A stretch of DNA of 28,523 nt. Origin: a virus. Its lineage: Duplodnaviria > Caudoviricetes. A program made the translations under genes and the position numbers. Below the pieces are notes generated by a model. That model was not told the origin of the DNA, did no database searches, and saw only the letters and a program-made list of their open reading frames with translations. This document shows, in pieces, positions 1 to 7,636 of this stretch; position 1 is the first letter of the stretch, and every line of letters starts with the position of its first letter. The stretch covers positions 1 through 28,523 of the IMG/VR virus record IMGVR_UViG_3300032239_001561. One strand, given 5' to 3'.

Positions 1-380
1 GGAACGGCGGGAGACTCGCTCCAACCGAACTGACCATAGTGTTGCGGATTCTTGAACAGGAGCGCAGCGCGGTGCGAGGAATGAACTCGCTCATCGCCGA
101 ACCATTCAGGCATCACCACTTCACCCTCGTTGCGGATGGCGGTGAAGAACTCAACGTGATGCGGATAGCGGCGACCGCGTTTCTCGAGCTCGTTCAGGCA
201 CGCGAGGCAGTATTCCGCCAGCGCGGGCTTGTGACCGACCCACATCTTCGCAGCGGGGTGATGCGGCCAGCCGCCTTGAATCAAAGTCTTACCCTCGCGA
301 TAAACCTGATTGCCGAGGCGTGACGGGTCAAGCGCGGCGGCGGATTTAGCGAAGTCTGGATATGGTAGGAAAGTTTGCAT
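1..380 (-). CDS. Pyrimidine-dimer DNA glycosylase / endonuclease V-like protein (MSMEG_6728-type), runs off the left edge
   Basis: Absent from the ORF track. My translation from ATG 380: MQTFLPYPDFAKSAAALDPSRLGNQ...GWPHHPAAKMWVGH...PEWFGDERVHSSHRAALLFKNPQHY. MQTFLPY, HHPAxxMW and HxSHxxxLxxK are hallmark motifs of the family. Confidence 0.8.
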   Translation of the reverse strand, partial: MQTFLPYPDFAKSAAALDPSRLGNQVYREGKTLIQGGWPHHPAAKMWVGHKPALAEYCLACLNELEKRGRRYPHHVEFFTAIRNEGEVVMPEWFGDERVHSSHRAALLFKNPQHYGQFGWSESPAV

Positions 381-410
381 TCAACAGGCTTTTGCCCTCG
401 GGCAGTTTAT

Positions 411-439
411 ATTAAAGCTCATTGCGGTTTGAAAAGCAA
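411..439 (-). promoter_or_regulatory. Putative sigma70-like promoter for the glycosylase gene
   Basis: TTGCTT-N17-TTTAAT on the minus strand; context AAATAAAA..CTTGCTTTTC..AACCGC resembles the promoter at 2087-2115. Confidence 0.45.
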
Positions 440-448
440 GTTTTATTT

Positions 449-709
449 TCAGCTTTCAATTGGGGGGTTCTTGATTTGCTTGGCGGCCTCGACGCTTTCA
501 AAGACATTGGCGGCAACTTCCCGAGCAGCGGCTGCGGCAAACTCGGTAATGGTTTCGCCGATGCAGACGAGAAGTGCCTCAGATGCCTTTTCGTCAAGCA
601 AGAGCTCGACCTTACCGCGAGCACCCTCGTAGGAAATTTCGCCGGTGTATTTCCCAGCGTTATCCGCGTAGGAAGGCTGGAGTTGGATTGTCAGTTTGTT
701 CAGTTTCAT
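449..709 (-). CDS. Hypothetical phage protein (86 aa)
   Basis: ATG-started ORF co-oriented with the leftward operon, protein-like composition. Confidence 0.65.
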   Translation of the reverse strand: MKLNKLTIQLQPSYADNAGKYTGEISYEGARGKVELLLDEKASEALLVCIGETITEFAAAAAREVAANVFESVEAAKQIKNPPIES

Positions 710-762
710 ATGTTTTTGGTTCCGTTGATGTTTCTATTGTTGTTTCTGCCCATGCAGTAAAA

Positions 763-1164
763 TCACTTCCAGTCTTCCGCCTCTTTCTGTTCCGCAATTT
801 CGCATTCAGGGTGATACGGCATTCCGTTTTGACCCCGCGCTTCTTCAAACGTGAGCGGCTTACCGCAGCATTTCCGGCGGCAGATTACCGGATTATGAGC
901 GTAGCGGTCTCGCTGTTGAGCCTCAATCGCGAATAAAACAATTTCAAGCCTGCCGCGCTCCACCTCAAGAGCCTTGGCGTCAAGATGCTTGAGGCAGTGA
1001 TGCTTACCGTCAGAGCCTTGGATTGAACCAATTTCAGAGCACTCTTCACACTCCTCGCATTTACAGTTATCCTCTCCCCGCCCGCAGGCGTCGCAAATGA
1101 ACGGCTCATCAAAAGGAGTTGAGGAACATCCTGGCGGCATTGACCATCCGAATAGTTTACTCAT
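763..1164 (-). CDS. Cys-rich hypothetical protein, probable zinc-binding
   Basis: Several CxxC and HxxC motifs (CDAC, CEEC, CSEI, CRRKCC, HPEC); tightly packed in the operon. Confidence 0.65.
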   Translation of the reverse strand: MSKLFGWSMPPGCSSTPFDEPFICDACGRGEDNCKCEECEECSEIGSIQGSDGKHHCLKHLDAKALEVERGRLEIVLFAIEAQQRDRYAHNPVICRRKCCGKPLTFEEARGQNGMPYHPECEIAEQKEAEDWK

Positions 1165-1168
1165 AAAA

Positions 1169-1429
1169 TTATTTACCGAACGCTTTCAATTTACCGCCGC
1201 GCTTGTATTCCTTGAGCCACTTTGTAGCGGTGGCTGGGCGAACCCTCCGCGCAAGAATCAGAACCATCTTCGGATAACTTTCCGGCCAACCGGCTCTCCT
1301 GTTCTGCCCGTAGTGGCCGTCGTTCATCAGCCGATTGTAAACAACACAGGCGCGGCCAGCAGGATTTTTAAGACGGGCGTTTCTCGTGATGAATATTAGC
1401 CCGTTGAGTTTCTTTGATTTGAGCTTCAT
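1169..1429 (-). CDS. Hypothetical basic protein (86 aa)
   Basis: 4-nt gaps to both neighbours; A/T-rich sequence upstream of ATG. Confidence 0.55.
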   Translation of the reverse strand: MKLKSKKLNGLIFITRNARLKNPAGRACVVYNRLMNDGHYGQNRRAGWPESYPKMVLILARRVRPATATKWLKEYKRGGKLKAFGK

Positions 1430-1433
1430 AAAA

Positions 1434-1727
1434 TTAAATCACCCCGAGAGCCTGAAGCCAAGAAGGTGAATTGTCAGAACCGAAGCCATCCGGCTCAACG
1501 CGGTGACCGCTGGGCGTCAGGCAAACGCCTTCCTCATTCCACCGCTCGAGGGTGCGTATAGAGGGAGTTTTGAACGCCGAGGTGACCCGAACCTTATACG
1601 GCTGCTCCGGACGGCTCTCGTGAGCGATTAGAACGCGGGCGGGCTCACCGGCGATGAAGGTGACCGGCAGGCCTTTCGGCAGCGTTACGCCGCACTTCAG
1701 TTTGATTTCTTTTTGAGATTTTGTCAT
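1434..1727 (-). CDS. Hypothetical phage protein (97 aa)
   Basis: C-terminal CLTPSGHRVEPDG..SPSWLQALGVI resembles a recurring small phage early-protein motif. Confidence 0.65.
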   Translation of the reverse strand: MTKSQKEIKLKCGVTLPKGLPVTFIAGEPARVLIAHESRPEQPYKVRVTSAFKTPSIRTLERWNEEGVCLTPSGHRVEPDGFGSDNSPSWLQALGVI

Positions 1728-1766
1728 AAATTTTGGTTGCGGCTTAGTTACCTCGCCGCTGTTGGT

Positions 1767-2033
1767 TTAGGCCGTTTGCGGGAGGGATTTGCAACAGGGC
1801 GCAAAATCAATTTCAGCCAAGCCGCCCTCGGCGGTCATCGAGCCTTCGCTAATCATGTCGCTCCAAATCGAGCGCGAAACGGACAGGCGGTCGGCATGTT
1901 CCTCGACGCTGAAGTCGAGCCGGAATCCGGCGTTGTGTTTGCCGCTCTTTTGGACTTTCTTGCAGTCGGCGCAATCGGCAGCGTGAACTTGGGACATCCC
2001 GCGAGCGTCACAGTTGAATATTTTCAGTTTCAT
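1767..2033 (-). CDS. Hypothetical protein, first gene of the leftward operon
   Basis: Start placed at ATG 2033 because its context GAAAAACTGATTATGAAA is identical to the start context at 7637; HAADCADC motif. Confidence 0.6.
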   Translation of the reverse strand: MKLKIFNCDARGMSQVHAADCADCKKVQKSGKHNAGFRLDFSVEEHADRLSVSRSIWSDMISEGSMTAEGGLAEIDFAPCCKSLPQTA

Positions 2034-2086
2034 AATCAGTTTTTCTTTCATTCGGTCTCAGGCTCTTCGCCCTCGAACCTGACATC

Positions 2087-2115
2087 AATATGCCTGAAGC
2101 GGTTCGGAAAAGCAA
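2087..2115 (-). promoter_or_regulatory. Leftward early promoter
   Basis: TTGCTT-N17-CATATT followed by GATGTCAG, closely matching the promoter at 7467-7502. Confidence 0.6.
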
Positions 2116-2165
2116 GTCTTTTATTTCGTTGAAAATGAGCCACTTACGATAATTCGTAAAAATAG

Positions 2166-2197
2166 TTGAAGCTTTTTTAATGGGAATCAGGCATATT
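2166..2197 (+). promoter_or_regulatory. Rightward promoter candidate for the replication operon
   Basis: TCAGGCATATT (2187-2197) is an exact inverted copy of 2087-2097; the -35 element is unclear. Confidence 0.45.
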
Positions 2198-2218
2198 TCC
2201 TGCGTCGCGCAAAGCGGC

Positions 2219-2340
2219 AGCCGCGAGAAACGGCTTTAGGCATCGGTTTTTGGCAATTAATTTAGCAGCAGTCGGCTTGGAGCATGCGCGTTTGCCCGCG
2301 CGACCATTTCTCGCTTCAATACGGCTGCTGTTTTATTTTT
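2219..2340 (+). ncRNA. Structured leader / C4-antisense-like or attenuator RNA candidate
   Basis: Hairpin AGCCG-CGAGAAA-CGGCT (2219-2235); stems 2264-2274/2322-2332 and 2277-2283/2313-2319 followed by a U-tract; GCGAGAAA (2223-2230) is complementary to TTTCTCGC (2307-2314). Confidence 0.45.
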
Positions 2341-2344
2341 CAAG

Positions 2345-2965
2345 ATGAGCTTAAAAGCATTGCAGTGGGCATTCAGCCAAGACGGGATTTCGCCAACGCA
2401 AAAGCTAGTGCTGATTGCCATGTCGAATTTCGCTGGTGAATCTGGGAAAACCTATCCGTCCCTAGGAACAGTGCGGCAGATTTGCTGCCTCCAGAAAGAT
2501 GAGACAGTTTCCGACGCAATTGGGCAGCTGATGATTCTCGGGATGCTGGAAGACACCGGAGCAAAAACTGGTAAAACAGGCCGCACCGCTGTTTACCAAC
2601 TTCCGACCGATGCCTGCCAAATCCCCCCTCAGACGGGTGATTCAATCCCCCGCCAATCCCCCGCCAATCCCCCGTTTGGCGGGATTGCCATAAAAGAGAA
2701 TAGAACTAGAACTAGAACAGCAACGCCTCTCACTGAAGAAGAGTTAATCAAAAAGCTAAAAGACAACGCGGCGTATTCAGGGATTGATGTCGCCCGCGAA
2801 CTCGGAAAGTCCAAGGTCTGGTGTTCCGCAAATCGCCGCGTCTTTACCGAACGCTTTTTTGTGAATTGGCTCAACCGAATTGAGAAGCCTATTGCGACAG
2901 CGGCGGCGAAACCCGTCCCCGACCACATCAAATACGGCTACATTCCTGACGCCATCTGCAAATGA
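2345..2965 (+). CDS. Phage replication initiator / replisome organiser with N-terminal HTH
   Basis: MSLKALQWAF...QKLVLIAMSNFA...TYPSLGTV is typical of HTH_36-type phage initiators; C-terminal FFVNWLNR; lies directly before the primase-helicase. Confidence 0.8.
   Translation: MSLKALQWAFSQDGISPTQKLVLIAMSNFAGESGKTYPSLGTVRQICCLQKDETVSDAIGQLMILGMLEDTGAKTGKTGRTAVYQLPTDACQIPPQTGDSIPRQSPANPPFGGIAIKENRTRTRTATPLTEEELIKKLKDNAAYSGIDVARELGKSKVWCSANRRVFTERFFVNWLNRIEKPIATAAAKPVPDHIKYGYIPDAICK
2619..2718 (+). repeat. Iteron-like repeats inside the initiator gene (candidate origin)
   Basis: CAATCCCCCG(C) three times in tandem (2643-2674), a degenerate copy at 2619, inverted GCGGGATTG at 2679-2687, then an A-rich tract and (TAGAAC)x3 at 2701-2718. 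Confidence 0.55.
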
Positions 2966-4629
2966 AATTCGAGGACTTCGCAAATCGCTTTGAGTTTAAG
3001 CGCAAGACCACGGCGGGCTACATGGTCGTTTGCCCCGCCCACGACGACTCTCCGAAGTCGCCATCCCTTTCAATAGGCAAAGCCAAGGACGGCGGCGTTG
3101 TCCTGAAGTGTTTCGCTAATTGCGCTACGGAATCTGTTGTCGCCAAGCTCGGTCTCGGAATGCGCGACCTGTTCGCCTCAGAACAACCGCGTCAGTTCTC
3201 TCCCCCAAAGGTTGCCGCGCCAACAACTCCCGCAACTCCCGCAACGCCAGCCGAGAAGCCGGTTATTGAAAAGATTTACCCCTACCAGAATGTCGCTGGA
3301 ACCGAAGCCTATCAGGTGGTGAGGCTCAAGCCGAAATCCTTCCGCCAACGCCATCTAGTTAACGGCAAATGGGTCTGGAACATGGACGGCGTTGTCCGTG
3401 TTCTCTACCGGCTTCCGGAAATCATGACCTCGCAACAGGTGATTGTCTGCGAAGGTGAGAAGGATGCCGACAACCTTTGCGAGCTTGGCTTCCAAGCGAC
3501 CTGCAATGTCGGCGGAGCGGGAAAGTGGCTCGACGCCTACACGGATTGTTTGCGAGGGAAGGATGTCGTCCTCTGCGGCGACAACGACGAAGCGGGCAAG
3601 AAGCACATGGAACTTGTGTTCGATTCCATTGCCGGAGTCGCGAAGACGGTCAAGGTTCTGCGTTTACCATCCGGAATCAAGGACGCCAGCGACCTCATCG
3701 CCGCGCAAAAATCAAAAGAAGAGGCGAAGACGCTGTTCTCTAACCTCGTCAACGATTCCTATCCCCACATCAAAGGCGTCAAGCTCCCAATTTACACGAT
3801 GGGTGAATTGGAGGACAGCTACAAGCAGTTCGTTGCGCAATATGCAAAGTGCTCATTCTCCCTTGGAAGCTGGCTGCCATCGTTCAACAAAATCAGGCCG
3901 CTAGTCCCTGGCGAACTAGTCTTCATCATTGGCGACACCGGCGTCGGCAAGACCGGCATAGCGCAATCAATCGCCAAGGCCGCGTTGCCATTGCCAACAC
4001 TCATGTTTGAGCTTGAGCTTCCCAAGGAGCTCATGTTTGAGCGATTCGCTTCCATGGCCACCGGCTTCAGCTGCGAGGATGTGGAGGCTGGCTACCGCTG
4101 CGCTCCAGATGATTCTCTTGCGGGCGCGATTGACAACAAGCTGAAGAATCTATTCATCTGCCCCGAATCTCGGTTAAGTGTTGAGCAGATTGAATCCTAC
4201 ATTCTGCAATCGGAACTCAAGATTGGCGAGAGGCCGAAGGTTGTCATTGTTGACTACATCCAACTCTTGAGCGCGAAAGGCCAAAGCCGCCGCGAGAAGA
4301 TTTCCGACATTGCTGAAGGCTTGAAGGTGGTTGCGAAAACAACTGGAACGGTCATCATTGTCACCAGCCAAGTCTCTCGCCCGCCGAAGATGGAAGAGGG
4401 CGAGGAATGGCAGCCAACCCTGCACAGCGCAAAGGAATCCGGTAGCATCGAGGCCAGCTGCGGTTTGCTGATTGGTGCTTGGCGCGGCGGCGATGGCTCA
4501 CTTAAGCTGCGTGTCCTCAAGTCAACCAAGGGTGGAGCGGGCTTAACGGTTGAATGCAACTTCAACGGAGCGAAGATGATGATAACGGAACGCTCCCAAT
4601 TTTCAGATTCGGATGTTCCGATTCTGTAA
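2962..4629 (+). CDS. Fused primase-helicase (Zn-binding + TOPRIM + DnaB-like helicase)
   Basis: CPAHDD...CFANC zinc domain; TOPRIM VCEGEKDAD and GDNDEAG; Walker A GDTGVGKT; Walker B VIVDYIQL; SQVSR motif. Confidence 0.92.
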   Translation: MKFEDFANRFEFKRKTTAGYMVVCPAHDDSPKSPSLSIGKAKDGGVVLKCFANCATESVVAKLGLGMRDLFASEQPRQFSPPKVAAPTTPATPATPAEKPVIEKIYPYQNVAGTEAYQVVRLKPKSFRQRHLVNGKWVWNMDGVVRVLYRLPEIMTSQQVIVCEGEKDADNLCELGFQATCNVGGAGKWLDAYTDCLRGKDVVLCGDNDEAGKKHMELVFDSIAGVAKTVKVLRLPSGIKDASDLIAAQKSKEEAKTLFSNLVNDSYPHIKGVKLPIYTMGELEDSYKQFVAQYAKCSFSLGSWLPSFNKIRPLVPGELVFIIGDTGVGKTGIAQSIAKAALPLPTLMFELELPKELMFERFASMATGFSCEDVEAGYRCAPDDSLAGAIDNKLKNLFICPESRLSVEQIESYILQSELKIGERPKVVIVDYIQLLSAKGQSRREKISDIAEGLKVVAKTTGTVIIVTSQVSRPPKMEEGEEWQPTLHSAKESGSIEASCGLLIGAWRGGDGSLKLRVLKSTKGGAGLTVECNFNGAKMMITERSQFSDSDVPIL

Positions 4630-4641
4630 CCAAAACACACC

Positions 4642-5031
4642 ATGAAAAACAAAACGACAGTTGAACAAGTCCAAGAGTTCCACAAAGCCTTTGGCGTCCG
4701 GAACGAAACCTCCCCAACCCTATCCGACAAGAAGACTCGCCAGCTGCGCGTCAAGCTCATTCAGGATGAGCTCTACGAGCTTTACAAGGCTCTTGAAGAC
4801 GAGGATTTGGTCGAGACTCTTGACGCCCTCATTGACCTCGAATATGTAATCCAGGGTGCATTTTTGCAATTTGGTCTTGCTTCTTTAAAAGAAAAGGCGT
4901 TTAATGAAGTTCACCGCTCCAATATGAGCAAGCTAGATGAAAACGGAAAGCCAATCATCGCTCCCGATGGGAAGGTCATGAAGAGCAAACTTTTTACACC
5001 GCCGAACCTTGCGCAATTCCTTAACAAATAA
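4642..5031 (+). CDS. MazG-like all-alpha nucleoside triphosphate pyrophosphohydrolase (dUTPase-like)
   Basis: VQEFHKAF...LIQDELYEL...DALIDLEYV...FNEVHRSNMSKL...DGKVMK matches the PRA-PH/MazG-like phage family. Confidence 0.88.
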   Translation: MKNKTTVEQVQEFHKAFGVRNETSPTLSDKKTRQLRVKLIQDELYELYKALEDEDLVETLDALIDLEYVIQGAFLQFGLASLKEKAFNEVHRSNMSKLDENGKPIIAPDGKVMKSKLFTPPNLAQFLNK

Positions 5032-5047
5032 CCATTGAAACAAAATC

Positions 5048-5260
5048 ATGAAACACATCATTATTGAAACCAAGCTCCCGATTGCTGGCGGAGATGAAAT
5101 CCGAATGCAGGAGGGGCATAACGGCTGCGTTGAAATCACCAAGACGCCGCGAACCAACGGAAATTCTCCCCGCATGCGCGGAGAAGAGGAAGTCGTCCTT
5201 GCCCGCATCCCTAAACACATGCGCAGCCGTGTTGCTGCATTTCTTCAGGAGGCCGCATGA
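5048..5260 (+). CDS. Hypothetical protein (70 aa)
   Basis: ATGA overlap with the downstream gene. Confidence 0.55.
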   Translation: MKHIIIETKLPIAGGDEIRMQEGHNGCVEITKTPRTNGNSPRMRGEEEVVLARIPKHMRSRVAAFLQEAA

Positions 5261-6309
5261 AGGTCAAAACAAAGGCTCTCCGCGAGGCGGTTGAATACGC
5301 TGCCCGCATGATTCGCTCAACGCCGAACCAGATGGCGAACTTCGTCAAGCTCGAACCTCATCCGGAAGGGCTGTCTATCACCTCAACCAACCTCGACGAG
5401 TTCCTCGTTCAAATCATCGGAGTTGCCGACGCGGTTGAAATGATTAAGCCATGCCTCGTTCAGCCGCGTTATCTGATGGCGTCCCTCTACCTCGCCTCCG
5501 ACACCGTTGAAATCAGTCAGGCTGAAACGGAGTTGGTCATCAAGTCCGCCGCGACTGTCAAGGTCAAGACCGCCGACGCGGATGAGTTCCCCGCACTTCC
5601 GGTTCAATCCGGCGTCAAGAAGGAAATCAATTGCGCTGATTTAGCCGAAGGGATTCGTGCCGTTCACTTCTGCGCCCACAAGGAATCCTCCCGAGCGGAA
5701 CTTTGCTCAATCCACTTCCAATCGGACTCCGGAACGATGGTCGTGGAGGCCGCTGACGGGGCTAACGGAGCGTTCTACCAGTTCCCGTGGAACGGCGAGC
5801 TCAAGTTCCTCGCCTCAGCGGAACACGCCATAAGGCTTGCAGAGGCGTTTTCAGTCGAGGGTGCGGAGCTTTTCCTATCCGATAGTCTCGCCTCCGTAAA
5901 ACACAAGCTAGGAAGCTACTCGTGCAAGCTCTCGGCTTGCAAGTTCCCAGATACCTCCTCGCTGCGTAAGGGCGAGAGCTTCTCCGCCAGCAAGCCGCTT
6001 GGCGAAATCAATGCCGAGGCCATCACGGAGACCCTTTCAGCGGCTCTCATGCTGGTTGATTCGAATCAGCTTCCGGCGATGACCGTTGAGCTCTCACCCA
6101 AGGCGATTGAATTCAAGTCGGATTCGTTCCAGCGCAAGCTCGATGGAAAGTTCGTCAAACATTCAACCAGCGTCAACGCTCAAGCCCTGAAGAAGTGCAT
6201 TGGCGCATTCGGCACGCAGGCCGTCAAGATTGGCACCGGAACAATTGACTTCTTGAGACTTGAGGCTGGAAAGTTGAGCGTGATTACGATGAGCTTGAGG
6301 GAGAAATGA
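5257..6309 (+). CDS. dnaN: DNA polymerase III beta-clamp homologue (divergent)
   Basis: 350 aa; ITSTNLD, ADEFPALP, VHFCAHKESSRAELCSIHF, EAADG and KFPD occur in the order of DnaN motifs. Confidence 0.75.
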   Translation: MKVKTKALREAVEYAARMIRSTPNQMANFVKLEPHPEGLSITSTNLDEFLVQIIGVADAVEMIKPCLVQPRYLMASLYLASDTVEISQAETELVIKSAATVKVKTADADEFPALPVQSGVKKEINCADLAEGIRAVHFCAHKESSRAELCSIHFQSDSGTMVVEAADGANGAFYQFPWNGELKFLASAEHAIRLAEAFSVEGAELFLSDSLASVKHKLGSYSCKLSACKFPDTSSLRKGESFSASKPLGEINAEAITETLSAALMLVDSNQLPAMTVELSPKAIEFKSDSFQRKLDGKFVKHSTSVNAQALKKCIGAFGTQAVKIGTGTIDFLRLEAGKLSVITMSLREK

Positions 6310-6310
6310 T

Positions 6311-6559
6311 ATGGCCGTTTATGTTGACGCCGCGATTTGGCCTTATGGGCGCATGAAAATGTGCCATATGGTTGCCGATTCGGTTGACGAGCTAAACGCG
6401 ATGGCTGATAAAATCGGCGTGAATCGAAAGTTTATTCAGATTAAAAGGTATCCGCATTTCGACATCTGCAAATCAAAGCGGGAAATTGCCGTAAATAGCG
6501 GCGCGATTGAGGTTGACCGGCGAGGATTCCTTGAGGTTGTTTCAAGAATAAAATCATGA
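6311..6559 (+). CDS. DUF4031-family protein
   Basis: MAVYVD...MCHMVADSVDELNAMADKIG...HFDI...A..GA matches the family pattern. Confidence 0.85.
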   Translation: MAVYVDAAIWPYGRMKMCHMVADSVDELNAMADKIGVNRKFIQIKRYPHFDICKSKREIAVNSGAIEVDRRGFLEVVSRIKS

Positions 6560-6951
6560 ACCTGATGCACGCAAAGGTTCGCATCGGCGAGCCGACTCGC
6601 TTTGATGTATCCTCCAACCGCTGGGGCTGCACCGAATGCGAGTCGCGCTTCCTGAAAATTGAGCACCCGTTTCTCGATGAAGGTTGCAAGTGCCCAGATT
6701 GCGGGAAGGGATTGATTGAGGAACGCTACCACCTCGTTGATTTGGCGAGTTGGGATTTGGCCGGACAGTGTTCATGCGAGTGGCACGCCTTTTCAATCGT
6801 TCCGAAGCTAAAGGCCATGACCAGGGAACGCCGACTGATGAATCCACCGCGCTGCGCGCACATTGAATACGCAAGAAATTTCTGTATTGATTTTCTTCTT
6901 AAGTTGAACCAGCTTGAAGAGAACGGCGGAAAGGCTCCGGATGAAATTTGA
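6556..6951 (+). CDS. Zinc-finger protein with SWIM-like C-terminal motif
   Basis: CTEC...CPDC ribbon plus CSC...CAH (CxCx(n)CxH). Confidence 0.6.
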   Translation: MNLMHAKVRIGEPTRFDVSSNRWGCTECESRFLKIEHPFLDEGCKCPDCGKGLIEERYHLVDLASWDLAGQCSCEWHAFSIVPKLKAMTRERRLMNPPRCAHIEYARNFCIDFLLKLNQLEENGGKAPDEI

Positions 6952-7291
6952 ACGAAAGACCAAACCAGCTTTATGGCGCACCGCATTTCCGGAACAATAT
7001 CGTCCACCACAACCCAAAAAGAAACGCCATCATGGCATGAGCGCGAAAAGGCGCGAAGAGTCAAAAGAATACAAGACGCTGCGGCTCGAGTTTCTGAAAC
7101 AAAAGCCGCTCTGCGAGCGATGCGGGAAACTGGCGCAGTGCGTTCACCACTGGGCGGGAAGGCGAAGCAATTACCTGAAGGTTGAGACCTGGAAGGCGTC
7201 CTGTCTCGCCTGCAACGATTACGCAAAACAATGCCCGAAAGAAGCTAGAGCCGAAAATTGGATTGCTGGAGTCGGGCAATATTTAACATGA
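6941..7291 (+). CDS. HNH-like zinc-binding nuclease (degenerate)
   Basis: PLCERC...VHH..GR...CLACN pattern; ATG 6941 overlaps the upstream gene. Confidence 0.65.
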   Translation: MKFERKTKPALWRTAFPEQYRPPQPKKKRHHGMSAKRREESKEYKTLRLEFLKQKPLCERCGKLAQCVHHWAGRRSNYLKVETWKASCLACNDYAKQCPKEARAENWIAGVGQYLT

Positions 7292-7446
7292 GAGCCGGAA
7301 TGCACTGGAAACAGGTTGAGAACGAACGCGAAAAGGCGCGGTTCAAGTGCATTCATTGCGGTATGCTGAAGTCGAACATTGGCCGATGCCCGCATTGCGG
7401 CAAGCGAAATTTGACAATCGGAAGACCCGCCAAATCAACGACTTAA
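7288..7446 (+). CDS. Small zinc-ribbon protein
   Basis: CIHCG...CPHCG; ATGA overlap at 7288. Confidence 0.5.
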   Translation: MRAGMHWKQVENEREKARFKCIHCGMLKSNIGRCPHCGKRNLTIGRPAKSTT

Positions 7447-7466
7447 AACTTTGTTGAAAATAGTTC

Positions 7467-7500
7467 TTGCCTTTTGGAACGGAACGGGCATACTGATGTC
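7467..7500 (+). promoter_or_regulatory. Promoter for the DNA-modification operon
   Basis: TTGCCT-N16-CATACT then GATGTCAG, homologous to the leftward promoter. Confidence 0.6.
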
Positions 7501-7501
7501 A

Positions 7502-7608
7502 GTTCTTTGAGTTGAGGTTCTCCTTCAGTGGAGAGTTTGCTGGCTTCATCCTTGCGGGGAAGACTGCGAATCTCGGAGCCGCAAATCCGAGGCCTCAACT
7601 CAGAGAAC
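7502..7608 (+). ncRNA. Four-way-junction structured RNA candidate
   Basis: 17-bp closing stem 7502-7518/7592-7608 with three internal stems and no unpaired linkers; loop-loop complementarity TTGCGG/CCGCAA. Confidence 0.55.
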
Positions 7609-7636
7609 ATGAAAAACTAAAATTGAAAAACTGATT

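Noticed and set aside
39-936. Plus-strand ORFs at the left end
   Set aside because: Antisense to a coherent minus-strand operon that includes a recognisable gene.
3218-3252. Short tandem repeat in the primase gene
   Set aside because: Encodes a Pro/Thr/Ala linker (PTTPATPATPA); ordinary.
7463-7488. LexA box in GAAC-containing promoters
   Set aside because: Spacings (GAAC-N1-GAAC, GTTC-N10-GAAC) do not match the LexA motifs I know (N4 palindromes, N7 direct repeat).
7502-7608. tRNA interpretation of the cloverleaf
   Set aside because: The 17-bp closing stem, absence of a GTTC T-loop in the right place, of a 7-nt anticodon loop and of CCA do not fit a tRNA.
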